Source: an uncultured Clostridia bacterium
GTDB taxonomy: Bacteria; Bacillota; Peptococcia; Peptococcales; Peptococcaceae
Direction of reading: 5' to 3'
NCBI GenBank assembly: GCA_944391625.1
Contig: CALXUG010000002.1
Span: 16,168 to 40,167 of the forward strand
Length of the DNA: 24,000 nucleotides
A model generated the notes under the pieces. It worked only from the letters and a program-made list of their open reading frames with translations. It was not told the origin of the DNA and made no database searches. The translations under genes were made by a program, and so were the position numbers. Within the stretch, counting starts at the first letter, position 1. Each line of letters begins with the position of its first letter. Positions 17,655 to 24,000 of the stretch are shown here, piece by piece.

Positions 17655-18553
17655 CTACAGTAATATATCGACCCAACTATAATCTTCTTTTTTATTATAA
17701 TTTGCAGCCAAGTAAAAAAGTGTAAGATATGCTTGCATTGCTTTCAAATAATCAGGATTAACCACAATACTCAATTCATTTTGATACGCTTGTAAAAATG
17801 CAAGAATCAATTCTTCGTCTGGGTTTTCGTTACAGATAGTAGCAAGGTCTTGATAGTAATATCCGTATGAACATAACTCAAAATCAATCGGGGTAAATTG
17901 TGAGTTATTTTTAATCAAGTTATATGAATAGAAGTCGCCATGAATTAACCCTTTTGTATTTTCTTTCATGGACATCGCCTTCATTATACAGTTAATTTTA
18001 TCGCCAGCATCAACTGCAATGTGAAATATGTTTTCATCGAAAAATCCCATTTTGCATCCTAATGAAATTCTTTCCAGAAAAAAATCAATTCTTTCTTCAT
18101 CAAATGGTAATCTTGGGCATCGTTTAGCGATATTAGTATAACGCATACTTGCCTTATGGATTTTAGCCAGTAATTTCCCAATAGCAGAATAATCTGTTAA
18201 AGTAAGTTCCTTTACTTCTGCCTCTTCACCATCAATCCATTCAGTTATAATATACAAAGTATTTTCATATTTGGTAACATATTCCTGCTCTTTATTCTTG
18301 ACAGGTTTTTGTACAGGCAACCCATTTTCTTGTAAGAAACGAAGATACTCCATTTCATACTTAAGTGCTTCATTGGAATATGCGTTGATACCAAACAAAG
18401 AGGCATCATAATCTTGATTATATGTTTTCAATAGATATATGCCATCGTTCGAAACAATTTTCCAAACGCTATTCATATTACCCACACTTTTTCCGTGGTA
18501 TATGTATCCATATCATAGTTCATTAGAATTTGATTTACGAAATCCATCTTCAT
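17655..18553 (-). CDS. APH/CotS-type phosphotransferase (kinase-like fold); apparent -1 frame break at an A5 run
   Basis: The track ORF 17655-18485 has YLLK (ATP-binding Lys), LIHGDFYSYNL (catalytic loop) and IDFE (metal-binding Asp). An ATG at 18553, 18 nt after the radical SAM 2 stop and preceded by GAAGGT, opens MKMDFVNQILMNYDMDTYTTEK in the other frame. This joins the main ORF through a -1 shift at the A5 run (18488-18492). Confidence 0.75.
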
Positions 18554-18571
18554 AACACATTACCTTCTAAA

Positions 18572-19951
18572 CTATTCAGGTAGAATTGGACTATTAGTAG
18601 TTATAATGCTATATAAATCCCTAACCATAAAATCCAGAGTTGTTTTAGCATGAACACAAAAGCCTGGGTCAATGGCATCATATACCGATTTTTCAGAATT
18701 ACGCATACCGTTTATAGGACATCCACCACCACATATTCCCAATGCTTTGCATGATAAACATTCATCTTTATTGACAGGACTGATCTGGCACCATTTCTGC
18801 ATTTCATCCGATTGTTCTAAAGGATCTCTGCTACTAACATCAGTAAAAAAGAACTCTTTGTTTTCAATACAACCTTGGCATATACCAATTCGACCATCCG
18901 GCAACACAACAATCTGGCTACCTGAAGTAGCTGCACAATCAGATAAATACGGAGTACCATCAACAAAAGCTTCTACCTTCCGATTAATACGATCCTCATA
19001 TATACCACGAATTCTTGCGATCTTAAAGAAATCTACAATAAATTTTGATGCCTTTTTGTAATAATCGGTACTCATTTGAAAATCCGGGGTCGAATACAGC
19101 AAATTAAAGCTTACAGCATTGATTTGATATTTATCAAGTAAGGATATAATATCATCTGGATTACTAATTGTTTTTTCTGTAAGAGTTATAGATAGCCCAA
19201 CTTCATATTCACTTTCCTTAACAAGTTCAAGCACTTCCAGTAAATTATCATAAATAGGATTTCCTGATTTATTCACACGATTAATGTTTGATTCGAAATC
19301 AATACCATCAATCGAAATGGAAATTGCCACATTATTCTCTTTCAAAAAATGTATTTTTTCCTTATCAAGGAGCAATCCATTTGTAACCATTGAGAAATTC
19401 ATTTCAGCGGTAATTTCATTATTGATTTGCATTTCCTTGCATCTGTCAATCACATACTTCAAAGTTTCAAAGTTTAACAATGGCTCTCCGCCATAGAAAA
19501 TGATTTCTTTGCTATGCCCAAACCATTCCGGATGTGTTTTATTTTGGAAAGAAAAATACTGGAGTGCCTTATCAGCAATTTCCTTTTCCATCATCGGCAT
19601 TTGATGCTGCATAATATTTGTATTTGCATTGCCCAAAAAACAATATTTACATGCCAGATTACATTTTTCGGATAAAATTAAATACATAATCGTTGGATAT
19701 GGTGTAAACAATTTTTCTCTAACACGGTTCAAAAGCAAAGCGTCTTCAGCCGGACTATTAACTATAATCTTGTTCTTGACCAACTCGCTATATACCTCAA
19801 CAGGCAAGGAACTTGGTAGTTCATTCGCCGAAACAGATGAAATAATAAAATGATCTTCTTCTCTCACATAAACAGGTTGTAATTGCAAGCTATTGTAATA
19901 AGCATAACTACCGTCATCCATTTTAAATGTATGCGAAAATTTCGATAACAT
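18572..19951 (-). CDS. Radical SAM / SPASM-domain peptide-modifying enzyme 2 (459 aa)
   Basis: The track ORF runs 18572-19987. I prefer the ATG at 19951 (MLSKFSHTFKMDDGSYAYYNSL...) with GAGG 7 nt upstream. The ATG at 19987, which overlaps the upstream stop, is an alternative. CNLACKYC (C97/C101/C104), YGGEPLL, twitch-like CAATSGS...GICQGC, and CLSCKALGICGGGC (CX2CX5CX3C SPASM motif). Confidence 0.9.
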   Translation of the reverse strand: MLSKFSHTFKMDDGSYAYYNSLQLQPVYVREEDHFIISSVSANELPSSLPVEVYSELVKNKIIVNSPAEDALLLNRVREKLFTPYPTIMYLILSEKCNLACKYCFLGNANTNIMQHQMPMMEKEIADKALQYFSFQNKTHPEWFGHSKEIIFYGGEPLLNFETLKYVIDRCKEMQINNEITAEMNFSMVTNGLLLDKEKIHFLKENNVAISISIDGIDFESNINRVNKSGNPIYDNLLEVLELVKESEYEVGLSITLTEKTISNPDDIISLLDKYQINAVSFNLLYSTPDFQMSTDYYKKASKFIVDFFKIARIRGIYEDRINRKVEAFVDGTPYLSDCAATSGSQIVVLPDGRIGICQGCIENKEFFFTDVSSRDPLEQSDEMQKWCQISPVNKDECLSCKALGICGGGCPINGMRNSEKSVYDAIDPGFCVHAKTTLDFMVRDLYSIITTNSPILPE

Positions 19952-19980
19952 AGTTTTTCCTCGCTTTCCATAGATAATAA

Positions 19981-21324
19981 CTACCATAATAAGAAGTCAT
20001 TTGATTCAATCATTAGACGATATAAATTTTCTTTGTATTCTGCACTGCAATTTCGTGGTGCCAACTTCTCAATGTCCACTAAGTATAAATCATCTATTTT
20101 TGTAATTTCATTATAGTTGGCAATTCGACAACCGCCACCACAAACATATCTTAGGTCACACTGATTACAAGGCGTAAATGTTTCAATACTTGACAATTTA
20201 CGTGCAGTTTTTCTTAAACGTAATATTTCAGAAAACTCATCCTCACGTATATTACCATATTTTTTCACTTCATAAACCCGGCCACAAAAAGATACATCTC
20301 CCTGAGAATTTACCGTAAGAGAGCCATATCCACAATTACGAAATATCGTGTTATATTGATGATTTTTCACAAACAATGTTAATTCGTTATTGGGGTATAT
20401 TTCCTCACAAAGTTTTTTTATAGTTTCTGCATAAGCGGCATTGCGTTCCTTAGAAGATTTCACTTTCCTACCATCAATAATTTCGTTTCCGAAAATAATC
20501 AAAAAATCTTTATCTTCATATTTATCCACCAAAGCATTGCCAAACTCTACATATTCATTAAAATATGTTTCCGCATAACCGTATAGTGGAGTAACAATGA
20601 TAGACGTAAAAATGCCTGCATTAAGGAATTGATCCACCGTTTTCAGTGCTTTATCAAATGCACCTTTTCCTCTAATTTCAGCATTCACGTTTTCGTTAAA
20701 CCCATCGATGCTTATCTGAATTTCATCGATATATGGTTTAGCTTCTTCAAATAACGCTTTTGTCCAAGCCGCTCCATTTGATAGCACTTGAGTATACATA
20801 TTATATTCTTTTGCAATTATTAATGCTGGAACAAATGATTTGGATAACGCAACTTCACCGCCTGTTAAGATTAATTTTGTAGCACCAGCTTTGGCACTTT
20901 TTTTAATCAGAGTAATGATTTCTTCTGTTGACAATTCATTTGCAAAAGAATTGTCTGCATACATAAAACAATGCTTACATCTCAAATTACAGTTATTAGT
21001 CAAATAAATGCGCAATTCAAATGAATCGTCATCAAAAGATTCGAAAGTATGTTCCAGATGTTTTCCTTCAATTTGAGCCAATACATATTTTACATCTTCT
21101 TCGTAGCCGTCAAATTGTTTGAATGTATCACCAACTGTACTTTTTCTAAAAATATGTTGAAAAATATCCCGCTGCGTTTGAGTTTCCAAAACAATCCAAC
21201 TCCCATTTTGGGGTGATATATATAACCAAAACCCATAACGGTGGATAATTGTTATATCGGATGGTAAAGAGTATATTTTATTTTCATCAACGCTACAAAC
21301 AAAATTGTTATATTCAATATCCAT
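19981..21324 (-). CDS. Radical SAM / SPASM-domain peptide-modifying enzyme 1 with N-terminal RRE-like extension (447 aa)
   Basis: Track ORF. GGAG lies 7 nt upstream of the ATG at 21324. CNLRCKHC (C112/C116/C119), LTGGEV, CGYGSLTVNSQGDVSFCG, and CNQCDLRYVCGGGC (CX2CX5CX3C). The first ~100 aa (…GSWIVLETQTQRDIFQHI…DVKYVLAQIEGK) look like a PqqD-type peptide-binding domain. Confidence 0.9.
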   Translation of the reverse strand: MDIEYNNFVCSVDENKIYSLPSDITIIHRYGFWLYISPQNGSWIVLETQTQRDIFQHIFRKSTVGDTFKQFDGYEEDVKYVLAQIEGKHLEHTFESFDDDSFELRIYLTNNCNLRCKHCFMYADNSFANELSTEEIITLIKKSAKAGATKLILTGGEVALSKSFVPALIIAKEYNMYTQVLSNGAAWTKALFEEAKPYIDEIQISIDGFNENVNAEIRGKGAFDKALKTVDQFLNAGIFTSIIVTPLYGYAETYFNEYVEFGNALVDKYEDKDFLIIFGNEIIDGRKVKSSKERNAAYAETIKKLCEEIYPNNELTLFVKNHQYNTIFRNCGYGSLTVNSQGDVSFCGRVYEVKKYGNIREDEFSEILRLRKTARKLSSIETFTPCNQCDLRYVCGGGCRIANYNEITKIDDLYLVDIEKLAPRNCSAEYKENLYRLMIESNDFLLW

Positions 21325-21345
21325 AAAAATTCTCCATATAAGTCG

Positions 21346-21377
21346 ACAAGGTCAATGATAAACATCATCGACCTTGT
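21346..21377 (-). promoter_or_regulatory. Intercistronic stem-loop between the peptide gene and radical SAM 1
   Basis: Minus-strand read ACAAGGTCGATGAT-GTTT-ATCATTGACCTTGT: 14 bp with one G-U pair. No T-run follows, so this is more likely an mRNA-stabilising, processing or partial-termination element than a full terminator. Confidence 0.6.
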
Positions 21378-21393
21378 TCGAAACCGAATGCAA

Positions 21394-21504
21394 TTAGCGT
21401 GTGCCAGTTTTTCTGCAGTTACCTACGCATCTGCCACCGATTGTTCTGGAGCAAGATGTGTTCGTACCAAACATTTTTTTTGCATTGTCCTTGTTTGCTG
21501 TCAT
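21394..21504 (-). CDS. Candidate RiPP precursor peptide (36 aa)
   Basis: Not in the track. Hand translation: MTANKDNAKKMFGTNTSCSRTIGGRCVGNCRKTGTR*. GGAGGTG lies 6 nt upstream of the ATG at 21504. It is the first gene of the operon, directly upstream of two SPASM radical SAM genes. Confidence 0.65.
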   Translation of the reverse strand: MTANKDNAKKMFGTNTSCSRTIGGRCVGNCRKTGTR

Positions 21505-21550
21505 GTTATTCACCTCCGTTAAAGCTTTGTTTAACATCACTGTCATATTT

Positions 21551-21578
21551 ATTGTACTCTTTTAAAATTATTTGTCAA
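21551..21578 (-). promoter_or_regulatory. Near-consensus sigma-A promoter of the peptide operon
   Basis: Minus-strand read TTGACA (21578-21573), N16, TACAAT (21556-21551), about 45 nt upstream of the peptide ATG. Confidence 0.55.
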
Positions 21579-21711
21579 GTAGTTAAAAAATAACTGTTGC
21601 TTAAAAAGCTTGAATTTACTGCGTTTTTAAGCATAATTTGAAACATAATAAAAATTGAATCTACATGCTTTTCAATACAATTTTCCAATCGAAAAAGTAT
21701 GGATTGTCATT

Positions 21712-22590
21712 TTATCGTTCCAAATCCTTTTGATTAGGCTTTCTCTGTACCAATTGCTTTTGTTCTTTCTGCTTTGCCCGTAGCTTTTCCATGGCAGATT
21801 GTTTCTCAGCTTCTTCGCCCAGCAGATTTGCCACATCCCGTTTACTGTCGTATATCATCATCGGATCGTATTTCTCGCCGTAGGCGGCTTTCACCCGGTC
21901 AACGGCAGAGCGTTCCTTATCCTCACGAATAGCAAGCCTTGCGTCTATCAGCTCGGTGGCATCCATACCGACGGCTTGCTCTTTCAGCACGGCGTACTGC
22001 TTCAAGGCTTCATCAAGCTCGGCAGAGTATTTCGCCTCCTGCTCAGACAGTTTTTGCAGCGCACCCTCCAATGCGGCAATTTCTTTCTTCACGACAGAAA
22101 TTCCCGCATCATCAGCACAATCCAAAGAACGAAGCAGCATTTCTTTTTCGGTTTTCAGTTCCTCCAATTCCTCGGTCAGCTCGGTAATGCGGCGGGTAAG
22201 GTCGTGCAGCTTAGGTATCTGGTAGAACGGCGTTTCCTTTTTCTCCGCAAGCAGAGATTTCCGTTCCTTACTTTTTTCCTTGATCTGCTGCACCAATGCC
22301 GCATAACGTTCAAGTCCCGGCTTGACCGCCTTGACACACCTGCCCATATTGTGCTTACCCACACCGATATGACGGAGCTGATAACTGAAAATCAGCATAC
22401 TGCTGCGCACTTTCTCCATTGCTTCCGCTATGGCGGGAACAGTATTCTTGACTGCCTGCATCAGCTTCTTAACTGTCGCTTTCAACTCACGGAGCAAAGC
22501 ATTGTCAGCCTTGATCTGTCGGTTGATTTCACAGCGGTCTGGAGTGTTACAATAAAAGTAGAGCCAATCCTTGCGGAAAAATGATAAAAT
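21712..22590 (-). pseudogene. 5'-truncated coiled-coil gene, probably the C-terminal part of a Mob/relaxase-type mobilisation protein
   Basis: The track ORF 21712-22497 starts at a TTG. The frame stays open upstream (…FFRKDWLYFYCNTPDRCEINRQIKADNALL…) into the IS3 remnant, with no start codon or SD. The long E/K/L-rich coiled coil resembles relaxase C-termini of Firmicute mobilisable elements (recollection only). The junction cannot be placed from stop codons. Confidence 0.45.
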
Positions 22591-23045
22591 AGAATAAAAA
22601 ATCCGCAGAAAGAGGTAAAGGAAATGAGTAACACCTACAGCAAAGAAGAACGATTAGAAGCATTGAAACTGGCAGATGAAATCGGTCCGGTAGCAACAGC
22701 ACAACGCCTGAATATCAATCTGAACACCCTCTATAACTGGCAGAGCAAAGCAAGAAAACAGGGTATCACAGCAGAACATCCAACCCCCAAAACAGAAAAA
22801 GAATTGCGGGAAGAAGTATTAGCACTGCAAAAACAACTGAAAGAACGAAATGAAGAAGTCGAAATCTTATAGGCAGCCTTAGGTTTTTTTGCCAAACGCC
22901 AGAAGGGATGACAAAGCATCAGAGAATACAGTTCATAGAACAGACAGCTGGTCAATGGCCTGTAAAAAAGATGTGTCAGGTATTACAGATTTCTGAAGCC
23001 GGATATTACAAATATCTGCGTCAGAAAACAAAACCGCAGAAAACA
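22582..23045 (+). mobile_element. IS3-family insertion sequence remnant (left part only; ends approximate)
   Basis: orfA followed by the first ~45 codons of orfB in the -1 frame. Most of orfB (the DDE domain) and the right end are missing. Confidence 0.7.
22624..22872 (+). pseudogene. IS3-family transposase OrfA (HTH plus leucine zipper) with TAG where the frameshift window should be
   Basis: Track ORF MSNTYSKEERLEALKLADEIGPVATAQRLNINLNTLYNWQSKARKQG…EEVEIL*. Reading past the TAG gives AALGFFAKRQKG*, i.e. the conserved EILKKAxxFFAK region. The usual A-rich slippery site is replaced by TTA TAG. Confidence 0.7.
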
Positions 23046-23093
23046 ATTACCTTGTCACTAATTAATCTGCTCTCAAATTTCCTCCAAAGATAA
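22908..23093 (+). pseudogene. IS3-family transposase OrfB N-terminal fragment
   Basis: Track ORF. QRIQFIEQTAGQWPVKKMCQVLQISEAGYYKYLRQK matches the HTH_21-type N-terminus of IS3 OrfB. Similarity ends near 23045 and unrelated AT-rich sequence follows. Confidence 0.65.
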
Positions 23094-23173
23094 AATCTGT
23101 ACTAAGGTTAGAATATAAACAGTACCTGGATGAGAATAGCTATATAAGCAAAAAGATTTCATCTGTAAGGAAA

Positions 23174-23202
23174 TTGAAATTTTGCCGAGATGCTTGTATA
23201 AT
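23174..23202 (+). promoter_or_regulatory. Putative sigma-A promoter of the fic gene
   Basis: TTGAAA (23174-23179), N17, TATAAT (23197-23202), 50 nt upstream of the fic ATG. Confidence 0.5.
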
Positions 23203-23212
23203 GAAGGAAGAA

Positions 23213-23236
23213 AATACGCAAGATAATACGCAAGAT
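23213..23236 (+). repeat. Perfect tandem duplication of a 12-mer in the fic leader
   Basis: AATACGCAAGAT occurs at 23213-23224 and again at 23225-23236, immediately before the SD GGAGGT (23240-23245). Confidence 0.8.
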
Positions 23237-23251
23237 TACGGAGGTATTTTT

Positions 23252-24000
23252 ATGGGAGAATACAAACCGCCTTTTACAATAACAAATGAAATACTGTCGT
23301 ATGTATCATCTATTTCTGAAAAAATCGGACGTATAACTGCTACCAATAACCTTGAAGCAAAACCTCATTTGAGAAAAAACAACAAAATCAAATCGATTCA
23401 TTCCTCGTTGAAAATTGAAGCCAACTCTCTGTCTTTGGGCCAGGTCAGAGATGTTATCAATGGTAAGGCTGTGTTGGGTGAGCAAAAAGAGATCCAGGAA
23501 GTAAAGAACGCTTATATTGCGTATGAACAGTTTTCGGAAATTGATCCATACAATATCCAACATTTAAAAAAGTTCCATAGGATTATGACAAAGTATCTTT
23601 TGGAAGAGTCCGGAGAGTTTCGATTAGGCGAGGAAGGTGTTTTTGACGGTGATCAGTGCATCTTTATGGCACCGCCAGCAAGATTTGTACCAAAACTTAT
23701 GGAAGAACTGTTCAACTGGATGAAACTGGCGCAAAAAGATGTTCACCCACTGATTTTGGGCAGTGTTTTTCACTATGAATTTGTATTTATTCATCCTTTT
23801 TCAGATGGTAATGGTAGAATGGCAAGACTATGGCATACCGCCATTTTATCTAAATGGAAGCCGATATTTGAATATATTCCAATTGAAAGCCAGATTGAGA
23901 AATTTCAGGATGAATACTACCAGGCCATTGCCAAGTGCCATGTTGCCGGAGAATCTACAATTTTTATCGAATTTATACTGTCACAGATTGATAAAATCCT
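23252..24000 (+). CDS. Fic/DOC-family protein (AMPylase-type), 3'-partial at the window edge
   Basis: Absent from the track because there is no stop in the window. Hand translation: MGEYKPPFTITNEILSYVSSISEKIG… with the Fic_N-like IHSSLKIEANSLSLGQV and the core motif HPFSDGNGRMARLW (HxFx[DE]GNGRxxR). GGAGGT lies 6 nt upstream. Confidence 0.85.
   Translation, partial: MGEYKPPFTITNEILSYVSSISEKIGRITATNNLEAKPHLRKNNKIKSIHSSLKIEANSLSLGQVRDVINGKAVLGEQKEIQEVKNAYIAYEQFSEIDPYNIQHLKKFHRIMTKYLLEESGEFRLGEEGVFDGDQCIFMAPPARFVPKLMEELFNWMKLAQKDVHPLILGSVFHYEFVFIHPFSDGNGRMARLWHTAILSKWKPIFEYIPIESQIEKFQDEYYQAIAKCHVAGESTIFIEFILSQIDKI

Larger units (their letters stand above)
7600..22590. mobile_element. Decayed Tn916/Tn5397-style integrative (mobilisable or conjugative) element; ends not determined
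   Basis: Backbone order on the minus strand: Mob-like fragment, cargo, KTR, divergent XRE, sigma-like, small HTH, DUF4314, serine recombinases. Both given ends are approximate. The right end is lost to an IS3 remnant. Confidence 0.55.

Noticed and set aside
21399-21593. 64-aa Cys-rich plus-strand ORF (MCQFFCSYLRICHRLF…) overlapping the peptide locus. At first sight it could pass for a Cys-rich precursor.
   Set aside because: It is antisense to the operon, starts at a GTG with no SD, and runs across the minus-strand promoter and SD. The minus-strand 36-aa ORF has far better signals. Treated as a shadow ORF.
21599-21632. Inverted repeat GCTTAAAAA…TTTTTAAGC upstream of the peptide promoter, considered as an operator or as the Mob gene terminator.
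   Set aside because: Only 9 AT-rich base pairs with a 16-nt loop. Too weak to call without comparative or experimental support.
1-24000. Scan for CRISPR arrays, tRNA/rRNA genes (as integration targets) and long terminal inverted or direct repeats delimiting the large element.
   Set aside because: By eye I found no regularly spaced repeats, no tRNA-like T-arm/acceptor signatures and no long matching termini. A proper tRNAscan, CRISPR-finder and self-dot-plot run would be needed to exclude them formally.

Overview
Mosaic window, probably from a Clostridia-like Firmicute (inferred from SD-led genes, a Spo0E-like gene and Tn916-type backbone genes). No searches were run; family calls rest on motif recognition and hand translation. 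(1) 1-4200: core genes, all on the minus strand: Spo0E-like, nitroreductase, malate:quinone oxidoreductase and a two-subunit class I Fe-S fumarate hydratase. (2) 4210-7640: AT-rich islet with a signal-peptide protein, a membrane-anchored protein and a degraded small gene, all of unknown function. (3) About 7600 to 22590: a decayed Tn916/Tn5397-style integrative element. It has an operon of serine recombinase genes with an embedded MazF toxin gene, then DUF4314, sigma-like, small HTH, divergent XRE and KTR genes. An IS110 sits between the XRE and sigma genes, and the Mob-like gene is truncated by an IS3 remnant. (4) Main finding, 16981-21600: the element's cargo slot holds an AT-rich operon. 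It starts with an unannotated 36-aa Cys/Ser/Thr-rich cationic peptide with a strong promoter, SD and intercistronic hairpin. Two different radical SAM/SPASM enzymes, an APH-type kinase (apparently frameshifted at an A5 run) and a 142-aa unknown follow. I do not recognise this RiPP-like combination from characterised classes. (5) 23252-end: a Fic-domain gene. Second finding: the MazF gene and the downstream catalytic-domain-less recombinase gene share one reading frame, separated by a single TAA. An out-of-frame SD-GTG and an A AAA AAC slippery heptamer lie between them.
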